NCBI GenBank assembly: GCA_030704615.1
Contig: CM060734.1
Span: forward strand, 61,194,001 to 61,258,000
Direction: 5' to 3'
Length of the DNA stretch: 64,000 nucleotides
Source of the DNA: Takakia lepidozioides
Taxonomy: Eukaryota; Plantae; Bryophyta
Within the stretch, counting starts at the first letter, position 1, and each line of letters begins with the position of its first letter. Both the position numbers and the translations under genes were made by a program. The notes below the pieces were generated by a model that worked only from the letters and a program-made list of their open reading frames with translations, made no database searches and was not told the origin of the DNA. This document shows positions 13,617 through 26,050 of the stretch, one piece after another.

Positions 13617-14843
13617 CTACAAGAAGGGATCAAAGGGGTTGTTTGAGTGGGAAAGCAAGGGCTTTCCTGGCAATGCAGGAGAATCTGGACAGAATAAGGC
13701 TATGCCATTCCCATCCGAGAACCCACCACCACGGTCCACAGGCCTGAAGGTGTCACCCCCTGCAGTATACTCCCTTTCAGCACCACTCACAGCTTTCCCA
13801 AGTTGCCTAGTAAGCAGGGCGGGTTCATCATCTTCACTGCCAAACACAGACAAGGGTATAGAGAGAGGCCCACCATCAACAGCCTCAATATCCTGCCCCA
13901 ATTTTTCAAGGACCGACACCGATAGCGCATCTGCAATGGGCCGAATGACAAGTATGCCTTCACCCACAGTGGTGGAGAGAAGCACAGTGAGGAAGCCCAG
14001 AAAGCCAAGCCCCTCAAAGGCCAGGTTGGTTGGCCGTGTGAGCACTGACATCCCTAGGAGCAGGACGTGTAGTGGCAGCAGAAATAGCAGTGAAGCCAGC
14101 AAGCGATACACCCGCCTCTGGAGGCGGCGATTGATGACCACCCCCACCATGCGCCAACCCAGCAACAGGAAGTAGGCACTGTAAATTACACCAAATGCAG
14201 CCAGGACAAGAGTGCTTAGCAGTGGGTAGGTGCAAACCGCTGCCGCCTCGTGGCTCTCCATCACGACCTCCTCAAATGCTCGAGTAAAGTAGATTGGTAG
14301 TCGTCGGTGGTAGCCTTCATTCGCCGTGTTGTACCCCTTTCTGAACTCAAAGCTAGGGCTAATCACGACAAAGAAAAGCTGCAACAGGAACACCGGCAAG
14401 CAGCACATGAGGATGAGAGCCACTACCTTGCCATTCCATCTCTTCCTTGGAGTGAAGGGCGCATTGCGAAGGGAACCGTGCACCAAAAACAGGGCAGTGA
14501 GGAAGAAGCAGGGCTCCAAGAAGCCAAGGGAGGAGAGGATGTAGAGGCGGCACATATTGGCCTGCCACTGAAAGCTGAGAGAATGCAGCGGCCAGTTTGG
14601 ACGGCGCAGCAAGGGCAGGCGCAGGAGCTCGACAAGGCTCCAAACTACCGCCAGCACGATGAGGATGATGCGCACGATCCATAGAGCGTTGAAGTCCTGA
14701 AGGGCCTGCAGACGCCCGCGCTGAATACGGGCTCTGAAGTGCAGCACATAGCCAACGCACCCAACCCCTACACAGCACAGCAGGATGACCAGCACCAGCG
14801 TCACTACGCCAAGAGCATACACGGCAGTACTGGTCAGGGGCAT
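13617..14843 (-). CDS. Intronless uncharacterised 7-transmembrane protein (408 aa)
   Basis: Uninterrupted 408-aa ORF with seven hydrophobic segments and a polar C-terminal tail. LGFLEPCFFLT and CTYPLLST resemble a conserved plant family (from recall). Confidence 0.88.
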   Translation of the reverse strand: MPLTSTAVYALGVVTLVLVILLCCVGVGCVGYVLHFRARIQRGRLQALQDFNALWIVRIILIVLAVVWSLVELLRLPLLRRPNWPLHSLSFQWQANMCRLYILSSLGFLEPCFFLTALFLVHGSLRNAPFTPRKRWNGKVVALILMCCLPVFLLQLFFVVISPSFEFRKGYNTANEGYHRRLPIYFTRAFEEVVMESHEAAAVCTYPLLSTLVLAAFGVIYSAYFLLLGWRMVGVVINRRLQRRVYRLLASLLFLLPLHVLLLGMSVLTRPTNLAFEGLGFLGFLTVLLSTTVGEGILVIRPIADALSVSVLEKLGQDIEAVDGGPLSIPLSVFGSEDDEPALLTRQLGKAVSGAEREYTAGGDTFRPVDRGGGFSDGNGIALFCPDSPALPGKPLLSHSNNPFDPFL

Positions 14844-15597
14844 TACCCAATCTCCACTCTTCTCTGCACATCAGCGCTCCCTTACTGCATCGACGATTGA
14901 GTCTATCCCTCCTTACCTCTCTGCCATTCCACCAGCTCTTCCCTACCTACCTTGCCCAAAGCTTCCCTCCTTGCGTACTGTTCGTCGTTCTCCCAGTGCT
15001 GCCTGTGAGTTGGGTCAAACTTCACCTACAATAACCCTAGAAAATGATCCTTCTCACCCAAATTGCCGGAGCCCCTGATGAAGCATCTACCATAGCCATC
15101 CCTCTTTCTGCAAAAACAAAGCGAAAACTGTTGCTGCTCGCGTGGGACCACCCGCTTCCAGCCATATGCCTCTCCCTTCTCAGTTCCCTAGTCTACAACC
15201 TCCAACCGAATTCTCTCACCCGTTTTCGCATGATCTCACAGCCACTACAAACCTCCCAGTATCTTCGCTGTTAACGATTGCAACTGCCAATGTACGCGAC
15301 GAAGAATGGTGAGCTAGATGTCAGAATTGGTGCCCGCAGAGCGCCCGACGGCATGAGAAGGCAGCTGCTACACACCAATCGCGCTCATAAAAGTCTCCCC
15401 AGCCTAATTTGAAGCAAATCTGCCATTACAAAGGGCCATTGGGGCACAGGGTTCAGCTAAGTCGCCAGAAATCATCCACCGTAGCTTCTCCGCAGCGGAA
15501 TTCTACGCAAGTATCCGCATACAAAACACCTGCAAGAGCATCGGAAGGCCTCGCCCCGTCCCCGCAGAGCAAAGCGAGCAAATGCGAGTGCACAGAG

Positions 15598-15600
<3 letters not shown>

Positions 15601-15650
<50 letters not shown>
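15601..15650. repeat. (AG)n microsatellite, upstream or in the 5' leader of the 7TM gene
   Basis: About 25 perfect AG units. Confidence 0.95.
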
Positions 15651-15659
<9 letters not shown>

Positions 15660-16334
15660 CGACGATGCGAGGGAGGAGCCCTAAAACTGTGATTTGGAGG
15701 AGCTGACAGGCTGGCGACAGCGGAGCCTCCACCTTTAGGTCTGGTACAGGTTCGGCACACCGAGAGGTACGGGGCGAGGCCCGTCACCGTCCGCCTTAGG
15801 TTCGGATTGCCGCGGTCAAAATGATGGATGAATAGTTTCTCGTCCGCAATACAGTCGCACAACGAGAAATTAACGGGCAGCGGGCTGAGTGGCCGCATGT
15901 TTTTCGAGCCTGCCCGCCCACAGTGTGAGTGGAAGCCAAGCCGCGAGACGAGAGCAGCTGCGCTTGTTGCTTGGTGGGCTTCTGGTGGTCTTGTGAGAGA
16001 CATGCGTGTGAGGTTTCGTTGGGGTCCATTTCATTCCTTCTTCCTGGCAAGACTGGGGTCCCATGTAGTGTCATTGAGTTTCACCCAGTGAGATTTTGAA
16101 AAGGTTCCCAGGATATAAGTAGTACGAGGCGTGGAAATGACAGTGGAGATTGTGGTGGCCAGGCAATCGACACAGTTGCTTGATCACATACAGCAGAGAC
16201 CTAGCTTAACAGTTGGTGGATAGCTAGTGTACATAAACTGGACTCTCTCATGAAGTTTTGAAGTGATGAAGAAAAGAAGCATTTAGAAAGAAAGCACGAG
16301 TGAGAGTTTTGCGAGTTTGTACCGAAGAGTCGAT

Positions 16335-19300
16335 TCAAATGGGTGGAACAAACATGTGGCCTAGACCTAAGAACTCACATGCAAATTCATCATCGTTCTT
16401 AGCTAGCATTCTCTTCAGGTCACAGACTTTGCTATTGGCAATCACTCTAGCTCTGGGCATAATCTTCTTCTCAAGAGAGTAGCTAAAATATCCGGGATAT
16501 GTCACCACTTCATGAATTGGACGCCCCATGCCATTGACTAAGTAATCAAGCTTGGGTCTAACACTGCCTCAATGTTGTAGCCGAGTATAGGTGGGAAATG
16601 ACACCCCATGTATGCCACATCCCTTTGGCTGAGACCCCTAGCTCGCTAGTAGGCCATCCTGAAACACACACAAGACAGTCAAGGCACTACTTATAGCACA
16701 CAAACTGATACCAAATTGGACTCACTCTCCCATCATGACTCACCATATTACTCTCCTTCTAACCCAGCACTTTTTTTAGTCAAGTAGCTCAGAACTGCTT
16801 CGAGTGGAAGTATAAGAAAACCTCCCGTGCGGTCTTTGCGTCTAATATCAAATGCACACTGGAAAGGAAGGTGAAATTTCAGAGGGAGTTGGGGGTCCAC
16901 AGTGATCGCTTCTGGCAGGTGATACATGTGTATCCCGAGATGCTTTCCATTAGTGTGGAGGCCTCTTTACGACCAAGGTTAGTTAATGTCTACCCGCATT
17001 TACCTGTTGACCAGATCTTAATTGGACCAGGGATGGATGGGACTTTCCCAGATACAGCAGAAGCTATGATCTCCCATGGGTTGCCACTCACTTCAGCAGT
17101 GTTATCGGCAAGCAGTGGCCACGCTTGCTTTGGTGGGTGTCTTGGTAGTACATAGAGGCCTGGGCATATTCTCTCCAAGATTTGTGGATTGTTCCCATAA
17201 AGCGCATAAGAGCTATCCTCACCACACCTTCAAAAGTAAGTTGCTCCTCATTACATCTACAATGTTCAAGATACCTCCATGACAAAACATCTCAGTACTC
17301 ATCAGTTGCTGAGTCTATGATAAATCCTAAATTAGGCAAAAAAGGAACTGGCCATTTGACTTTTCCTCCTTTCTCTCGGAGTAGTCGTGACTGGCCAGCG
17401 CCTCCCTGCGATAATATGCAGGGCACTACCACAATGCATGTACTGGTACTAGATAAGTGGAGACCAGTGTAAGCAATCTTACATTCTTGATGGGCATCAA
17501 CGTCCTTCTGCTTTTTTTATCTGGTCCAATCCATCATCCTTTCCTTCCTATCTTCCACGAGAGAACAAGTCATCAATATATGAATCGAGACGTTTGTTTT
17601 GTTTTGTTTTGTTTTGTAGATTTGAGAGGTCCCAAACCGCGGGTCCCCAGCCTTGGTGCTTGGTACCGTTGGAAAGCCCTTGATGAGGAGGGGTGCACGG
17701 GCTTGGTCTCATGATTTTTGGACCTGCGGTGTGGGAGATGTGGAATTTCAAGTACTTTAGGTCGCTGAAAATTCCCGAAAAATAGAAAAGTGGGAATTCC
17801 TGGGACAATGGTTGGAGCCTCGAGAGGAGAGATTCCAAGGGAAAGGTCTCCGGTTCAAATCTGGTCGTAGGCTCTGTGGAAAAAAAATGCATTTGGACTT
17901 AGATGACATGGACCCTTGGGCCAACGGCAGAGGCTACCCTAGAGGTCGCACTTGGGCCTCGACATAGGAGACGCACTTGCATACATAGGAGATTGCACTT
18001 GGGCTTAGATGACACTTGACACTTGGGCCAACGGCACGGGCTACCCTATTTCATTTGAGTTTACAAGACTGGGGGGTAGAATAGAAGGATGCTCACCTCA
18101 TTGAATTCTTGAGGTGTCTGAAGAAGAAGTTGTGGGCTGCAAGCTATCACTTGACCCAGCCACTTGCTCTTCACCCCCAAGTCATTTAGGCAATGCACCA
18201 TCGGTTGCATTGTCCTAGTACTTGAACATCCAACCAACTGTGGGCATCTTGTGATGGCTCGATCCACATCTCCACCTGGCACCTGGCACTTGGCACCACC
18301 CATCAGCAGACATATTGCACACATCCCACCTTTATCATCTCTTCAAATAATATGCCTTTCCTATGTATGATACCTATATGATGGCAATAACAAAGAGTGT
18401 GTGAGAGAGAAGAGAGAGTTGGGGATAGTATCAACACCTTGATAGAAAAGAGGAACTGGACGATTTCATCCACATTAACCTGAACACTGCGGCTCAGAAG
18501 CCAGGGGTACCGGACCACCATCTTCCCCAGATCCCTTGCACGTACGCCAATCTACAGCATGTGTCAAAGAATCTGCTGTAGTCTGTGGGTAAAATCGCAA
18601 AGAAAGTGGCGCCATATCTCTCTTCAAGCACCAACTCCCGTCAGGCCGCAAGTAGGATACTCAGATTCCAACCTCAAGCAAAATATAACACAGACCTTCT
18701 TCAAGGTTCTGAGTTGTGGCTGTAGGTCTTTTCAATGTCGCACAATAAAACTGGTGGAAAGCAGAGTAACATCCGACCCACGCTTTCTTTCGGCACTCCT
18801 AAAGTCTCCAGATAAGAGACAGCAGGCCTAAGCAATTTGTGGAAACTCCTCTATCACATGAGCAGGGCTTCCGCTCCTGTATCAAGATAGCCAGACCTCC
18901 ACGTTGGGCCTCCATCTAGAGAATTTGAAAGACAGTCCAGGTCAGTTTCCTTTGGATGCAAGCATTTGACTGTTGTGAGTGGTCCAAATTTTTTCTCGGC
19001 CATCTAGAGAGAGGAAGGACGCAGAACTCAGCCATTTCTCAATGAGTAAGGAGCCAGCATATAGGAGAGAGACACCCCTTAGACCAGGCGATCCGTAGAA
19101 AGGAAGACAGTCAGAGAGAGAGAACAAAAAGAGAGAGACTAGACACATCTTCTCGCTCTCATTCATGTGTGCAACCTAAGTTCCCCAAAACCATATGAAA
19201 CCTTAAGGTAAAATTCAATTCCCTCCAACGCACTCCCACACTATTTCCGATTGCCTCATAGCTGAAGCCCACCGGCTATGGCCCCTTACTATCATTTGGA

Positions 19301-20195
19301 GGTTCCCATACATTCACCCCATCACAAATGTTGTTGCAAAAGAAGCAGGGCGGGTGAAACCTTTTCGAAAAAAGAGAGGGTGCGCTGTAGGTTCTCATCA
19401 AGAGGGACGGAAAGTCTCCTCATCATGTGATGCACTAGTCCTTCCACGGTCTTCCCGTTATCTTGTGTGTCTGCCATCATATCCTCCAAAAACCTGACCT
19501 GCGCGCCCTTCAACACAAAATATAATTGTCCCACCAGCCTGTCCGCAACCAGCATCCCCCCATTGCATGAAGTTACAAGCACCGTACAACCTCGGTCTAA
19601 TTACAGCTGTTGTGCTACCCAACTTTTTTTTCATGTGTTTGAGCTCCACAAGTAAATGATGAACAGTCTGTGTCCACATGGCCAGAACGTCACCCACCTT
19701 CTCGAGGAACTCCGAAAGCGGAAGAGAGGATAGCGAGTGCGAGACTCGTGCCATGTGCTGAACTCGCACACCCACGCTCTCCAATACAGCGCCCCAATTC
19801 TGCCTGTCTTTTCTTTGCGGACTGAGACGGCCAACGTTGTATGCTGGGCCTCTCGGGCGGCATCCAATGTGCCCCACCGCCGAAGCTCCTCTAATTCATA
19901 AGTACCATCCAGCAGCTGTTGAACAAAGATGGGTGCCTTTGCAGACACATGCAGAGCCTCCTCCCGATCAAGGCCTGCTTCTACCAGCATATCTGCCACT
20001 GCAGCATGTGCTTCCTCTCGAGAACAACCCAAATTTGGTTCGGCATCCCCATCTCCATACCCGCATCTAACATCTCTTCTGCTTTGTTGGGAAGCTTGCA
20101 CGCCTTGACCAACGCTAGAACGTATGACATTTTCTGGTCCCCCATCTGCTTTACTAAGTTAGCATGAAACAGTTCAGGTGTGGAGACTGCGTAGA
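16335..20195 (-). pseudogene. MTERF8: mTERF8/pTAC15-like pseudogene, copy A
   Basis: Exon remnants LSVPLDENLQRTLSFFEK, MEAQRGGL, YPWLLSRSVQ, DVDRAITRCPQLVGCS, YFSYSLEKKIMPR...KNDDEFACEFLGLG match plastid mTERF8 as recalled. The start is deleted, one exon is inverted, and there are frameshifts. Confidence 0.82.
17573..18048 (+). mobile_element. Non-autonomous Helitron-like element in an intron of mTERF copy A
   Basis: Starts TCAATATATG and ends GCTACCCTA(G). Inserted at A|T without a TSD. The paralogous copy shows the empty site (AAGTCA|TTGCATTTGAG, ~27904). Confidence 0.8.
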
Positions 20196-20572
20196 GGATG
20201 GTGTGGAAACATGTGATTTGAGCATCTCAATCAACAATTCCTTGCATGTCCACGGATGTTTCACGACCGTGTCGTGAATCAGCAGCTACGTAAGCTGCAC
20301 CGACGCCATAGTTAACACGTCATTGGGGGGGGGGGGGGGGGGGTTTCATTATTATTATTGTCTAATTTCTCTCTTAGAATTAATTAGATTGTAAAAGGGT
20401 TTAATAATATATTGAAAAAGACTGAAATCTTTGCACAAGAGACAAACTTAAAGATATTCGAATTCATAGATATAGTTTTTTTTTTAAACAAAAAAACAAA
20501 AAAAGATATAGGAATTCCATGAAGATTGGGACAATCTAGTCATAGCTCTTTGAGGAAAAGAGATTCGTGTAT

Positions 20573-21258
20573 CTTTTTCTTTTTTTTTAAAGGAGACATA
20601 GGCCCTTTTAATCAAAATTAATAAAAGAGAAGAGTTACATAAGGTGGAAAAAATAACCACCCAAGGGGCCGTGGAAGCTAACTGAGGAGAAACTTCCCTG
20701 AGAAGAAGCAAAACAGGGAGGGGGGGGGTAGGTTGCTGCAGCAGCAGAGAACCTAAGAGAAGAAGACGCTAACGCTGTGACACAAGGGAGCTGAAAAACA
20801 TGGGGATGCCGGAGGGCAAGGAAAGCACCCAAGGCCCAGAGAGGCAACACAGAAAAAAAATAAAAAATTGTAGTGCATAGCGACAGCAAGACATGTAGAC
20901 TTCGAACGGTGCAATGACAAATGTGCACTACCTAAAAGTAACTAAAAGAACAGCAGGAGCAGCTAGAAATGACAAAGAAGTCACAGATGATGCCGAGAAG
21001 CAGCCAGAGAACAACTGAGACTGGATTAATGAAGTAGCATGTCGTTCTACGTCGAGTCAGAACTTCAATTGAGTCTTGATCAGCTTGGAGTCACAAGCGA
21101 GCTTGTGGCGCCGGTTGAGCTGATCAGCTTCCTCCCCTTCACCGGGGGACCTCCCATTGAGGGGGGATGGAGTTGTTCCAATGAAAACGAAGGTTGGGAA
21201 GACGGGTTCCGAGCACGTTGCCCTTGGCCCAGGACTAGTCGAAATCTTGGAGTTTTTT
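20573..21258 (-). mobile_element. Possible LINE 3' fragment
   Basis: The minus strand ends in a CT-rich UTR-like stretch and an A-rich tail (20573-20588), similar in style to the LINE 3' end at ~5250-5310. No domain recognised. Confidence 0.3.
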
Positions 21259-21261
21259 ACA

Positions 21262-23687
21262 TCAATATATGAAGCGAGACGTTTGTTTTGTTGGCCCTGC
21301 CCGACAGGGTAGGGACTGCGTATCAAGTTGGCCAAAGTGACCTTAACCAGTGTTGGACTGGTATGCCTGGTTTAACCTAGGTATGGAATACATGTATGAA
21401 TATATATATTGAAGAACATACCAGTGGGTTATGAAAGAACCAGTGTACCCATATGATACACGTACTGGGGGAGTATGGCTTTAGGATTCCCCGCACACCG
21501 CAGGTCCAAAAATCATGAGACGAAGCCCGTGCACCCCTTCTCGTTGAGGGCTTTCCAACGGTACCAAGCACCAAAGTTGGGGCCTCGCGGTTTGGGACAT
21601 CTCAACGCAACGCAACAAAACAAAACAAGGCGTGAGATACACGGAGGCCCGCCATTGTTTTATTGATATGAAGTTTTATGGAATTATGTTAAATCTATCT
21701 TAGGGGGATGGGCTCTCTTGCTTTGGCAAAACATAAGAAAAAAGTGAGATTGAAGGGCATGACTCAGCATAATAACAGCACAGACTACCCTAGTCAATAT
21801 GTGAATCAAGACGTTTGTTTGTTTCACGGAGGGGGGTCACTATATGTATTTTTTCCATATCACATGCGTACAAAGGTATATTTATACTAGGCTATATTTT
21901 TAAAATTTTGCATTTTTTTCCACCCTATTTTTAGGTAATATTGTATGCCCTATTTTTCTTTATAATTTTTTTTTCAACAATTAATTAGACCGTATTTTAA
22001 ATTATCTTTTTAAATAATTGCAAAATTTCAAAGCAACATAAGTCAAATGCTGGACCCAAAGAAAAGTTTAATTTTCATTAGCCACGAACTCACTCAAAGC
22101 CGCAGCATCACTTGGATCTAAAGAGTACAAGTTCTGAGATGGTTCAAATGTCATAGTCACTTTTGAGATTATGGTCTCAACATCAATCCATTGTATATCA
22201 CTGGAATCATATTTGAACTTCAAGTGATCTCTACCTTTAGATAACCAATTCAAAAACATCATAATTGAAGGACCCCCAAATTTGGGTAGAGGAGACTTAT
22301 TCATCAAATAAGCTTGATGAATGAATGAAGTTTTGAGAAGATTTCATCATGATGGATTAGAGTTGGATGAAATATGAGAAACTTCACAAGGATGGATATA
22401 TTATACTGTAGATAAAACCCTTTATTACATTAAGTTTTTAAGTAAAACTCTGGATTTTTTGTGATCTTTTTTTCTAAAATAAGTGAAAGAATATTGTCCT
22501 ACCATATTTTCTAAATAAAACTTTTCTAAAATTTACCTCAAAAAAATAAACTACACCCTATATTTGTTCTCACGTGGTTTTAAAAATACGGGGAGTAACC
22601 CCCCCAAGGTTTGTTTGTTTGTTTGTTTGTAGCGTCGGTGAGATCTCCCAAACCGCGGGGCCCAACGCTGGTGCTTGGTACCGTTGGAAAGCCGTCGATG
22701 AGGAGGGGTGCACCGACTTGTCTCCTGATTTTTGGAGCAACAATTGGCCCTTCATGTGGGAAATTTGGAATTTCAAGTACTTTTTTTTCTTTTTTTAAGG
22801 GGATGAATTTCAAGTACTTTTGGTTGTTGGAAATTTGTGAAAATTAGCAAAGTGGATATATCAATATATAAAGCCTCGATAGGGGAGATTGCAAAAATAG
22901 CAAAGTGGGCTTTGTTGGAACAATAACGTGGATATCTCCCAAGCTCTAGGGTCTCTAGATACACATGGGATTTCACTTGGACTAAGATTGACAGTGGACA
23001 CTCGAGGTCGCACTTGGGCCTCTACATGGGAAAAGCACTTAGATACATAAGAGATTGCAATTGGGCTTGGATTTCAGTTCTTCACACACGGGACGCTTGG
23101 GCCAAAGATGCAGGCTATCCTAGAGGTCGCACTTGGGCCTTGATGTAGGAAACACACTGGGATACATAGAAGATCTTGCACTTGGGCTTAGATGACACTA
23201 GACAATTGGCCCAACGGCACATGCTATTTTTAAAGATATTTGAACCCAGCATGTGCTCTAAGAGGGTGTAGCATGCTGCTACCTTTAAGTAAACAAATAA
23301 TTAAAGGGGACAGAGGCATGGTAGCTCATATTAAAAACATGGATGACTTAGATGACAGTGGACACTTGGGCCAACGGCACAGGCTACCCTAGTAAATTTC
23401 CAGCGACCAAAAGTACTTGAAAATTCCAAATTTCCCACATGAAGGGCCAATCGTTGCTCCAGGAAAGCCCACTTTGCTAATTTTCCGAATTTCCAGCGAC
23501 CAAAAGTACTTGAAATTTCGTATCTCCCACACGACAGGTCCAAAAATCGTGAGACCAAGTCGGTGCACCCCTCCTCATCGATGGCTTTCCAACGGTACCA
23601 AGCACCAGCATTGGGGCCCCGCGGTTTGTGAGATTTCAACGACGCTACAGACAAACAAACAAACAAACGTCTCGCTTCATATATTGA
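21262..23687. mobile_element. Cluster of nested and fragmented copies of the same Helitron-like family
   Basis: 5' ends TCAATATATGAAGCGAGACG at 21262 (+) and 23687 (-). Core TGGTACCGTTGGAAAGCC at ~21550 (-), ~22680 (+) and ~23590 (-). 3' ends CTACCCTAG at ~21793 and 23392. Confidence 0.75.
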
Positions 23688-23749
23688 TTATTTTGTTATT
23701 TATTATTTGTTTTTGTTTTGTTGTTTTTTTGTTTTGTTTTTTTCAAACA

Positions 23750-24960
23750 AAAAAGGGGGCAGAGCCATTTTAATCAAATTATCAAATTGTTTTTTGGTTT
23801 TGTGGCGTCGTTTAAGATCTCCCAGCTGGCAAGATTTGATCTCCTAGTAAGGCCTAGGATCTGGCATTTGAGGAGGAAGATTTACCTACTTACGTACTTT
23901 TTGCAGATATTAATTTTTTTACTGGTTCCAACTGCAATTACACTTCTGACAACATGACCCACCTTCTTTTTCTTTTCTTTTCGTTTACGGAAAAAGGGAG
24001 TGGACACCCTTTAAACCTTATAAAAATGTGGGAAAAAAGTCCCAAGATTACAAAGAGGTAAAAATAACCTTTGAAAGAGTGCCATCAAGATATGATGGCA
24101 AGCCTGTTTTGTTTTGTTTGGTTTTGTTTTTGGTGATTTTTATTTGTTTGTTTTTATTTTAGGTGGACACCCTTTAAACTTTATAAAAAGGTGGGAAAAA
24201 GTCCCAAAATTACAAAAGAGATAAAAATAACCTCTGAAAGAGTGCCATCAAAATATGATGGCAAGCCTGTTTTGTTTTGTTTTGTTTTGTTTTTGTGGTT
24301 TTTATTTGTTTGTTTTTATTTTAGGTGGAAACCCTTTACACTTTATAAAAAGGTGGGAAAAAGTCCCAAAATTACAAAGAGATAAAAATAACCTCTGAAA
24401 GAGTGCCATCAAAATATGATGGCAAAGCCTGTTTTGTTTTGTTTTGTGTTTTCTTGTTTTTTCTTGTTTTGTTTGTTTGTATTTATTTCTGTTCTGTTTC
24501 TTGTTTCTGTTTGTTTGTTTTTATTTTTATTGTTTGTTTTGTTTTGTTTTGTTATTTTTGTTCAGTTTTTATTTTATTTTATTTCCTTAAAAGAGAAAGG
24601 GGTTGGAGCCATTTTAATCAAATTATCAAATTGTTTGTTTGTTTTATGGCTTCGTTTAGATCTCCCAGCCGGCAAGATTAGATCTCCTAATAAGGCCTAG
24701 GATCGGGCATTTGAGGACGTAGATTTACCTACTTACATACTTTTTGCAGATCTTATCTATTTAACTGGTTCCCACTGCAATTACACTTCTGACAACATGG
24801 CCCACCTTTTTTCTTTTTCCTTTTTTTAAGGGAAAAGGGAGTGGACACCCTTTAAACTTTATAAAAAGGTGGGAAAAAAATCCCAAGATTATAAAGAGGT
24901 AAAAATAACCTCTGAAAGAGTGCCATCAAATATGATGGCAAGCCTGTTTTGTTTTGTTTT
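23750..24960. repeat. Composite tandem repeat: ~162-bp units inside a larger direct duplication (23750-24130 vs 24600-24960)
   Basis: GTGGACACCCTTTAAAC...GAAAGAGTGCCATCAA.ATATGATGGCAAGCCTG at ~24000, 24162, 24325 and 24840. Confidence 0.88.
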
Positions 24961-25215
24961 GTTTTTATTTTTGTTGGTCAAATCTTAAATGTCTTTTAGT
25001 TCATCAAGTTGATCGTCAGAGGTCGCGATCAAATTGGCACCCATGATATATATATATATACGTATTCTTCTTCTCAATTCATTGTCATTAGCTTATTGCT
25101 GACAAGGGCAATACCACACCTCGCTAGCTTTGGCCCAAGTCTTTTCTCGACGTCGGAGCACATTCATTCTGTTTCCTTAGAAAAATTCTATGTGAAAAGT
25201 TGATATTAGTTCAAA

Positions 25216-25752
25216 ATGGGACAGGTTGGAGTTGTGCGGGTAGTGTTACTAACAATTTTGGTGATATATTTTTGTATCGTTTGCAATGTTGATGCTTCCA
25301 CTACAACAGCCATTGTTGCAAGGCGTTTGTTGAAGGGCTCACCCTATCAATACCATGACCGATCTGCTCGTGAATTTTGTTATAAGCAAACTGTAGAGCG
25401 GGCTCTTACCGGGGATGTTGATCAAGTGGTGCGAGATATAGATGTGAAACAAGATTTTGTGAAGCGGGCCCTCAACGACGGAGACCAAGTGGTGCCAAGT
25501 TTTGTGAAGGCAGTAGCCCTTAGTGACCCAAATCTGCATAAATACGGAGACCGAGTGGTGTCAAGCGTTGAGGAGAAACAAAATGCACTGCCTGACTATT
25601 GGAAGGCAGTAGCCCTCACTGACCCAAATCCGCCTAAATACGGAGACCGAGTGGTGTCAAGCGTTGAAGAGAAACAAAATGCACCGCCTGATTACTGGAA
25701 GGCAATAGCTATCGAAGTCCCTCCACCTAAATGCACCGCTAGCCCTCACTGA
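25216..25752 (+). CDS. Small secreted precursor protein with 32-aa tandem repeats (178 aa)
   Basis: Signal peptide (VVRVVLLTILVIYFCIVCNVDA|S), RRLL motif, 96-bp repeats starting at 25507, 25603 and 25699, and a TA-rich tract ~160 bp upstream. Confidence 0.75.
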   Translation: MGQVGVVRVVLLTILVIYFCIVCNVDASTTTAIVARRLLKGSPYQYHDRSAREFCYKQTVERALTGDVDQVVRDIDVKQDFVKRALNDGDQVVPSFVKAVALSDPNLHKYGDRVVSSVEEKQNALPDYWKAVALTDPNPPKYGDRVVSSVEEKQNAPPDYWKAIAIEVPPPKCTASPH

Positions 25753-26050
25753 CCCAAATCCGACGACAGGGGGGAAGGATGCTGGGAGTAAACATAGATG
25801 AAATAAACAATTCCTCAATACCAATGGGATGAAAAGAAGGAATTTCATCCATGTAGTTAGCATGGATAAAGGCAAGTTAAACTGAAGACAAGTTACCAGG
25901 AAGCTATTATTAAGTAGTAAATTACTATTCTATAATGTAGAACAAGCCTTCACCGCCCCGGGCGGGGTGGTTATTTTTTCCACTTCTTTGTATCTTCAAT
26001 TATCCCATTAATAATTTCCCAGGGCCACTGTCCCTGTTCTATAATCAATA

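Noticed and set aside
13612-14871. Antisense or alternative-frame ORFs over the 7TM gene (likewise over UGD and the LINE)
   Set aside because: Shadow ORFs of real coding sequence with no independent support.
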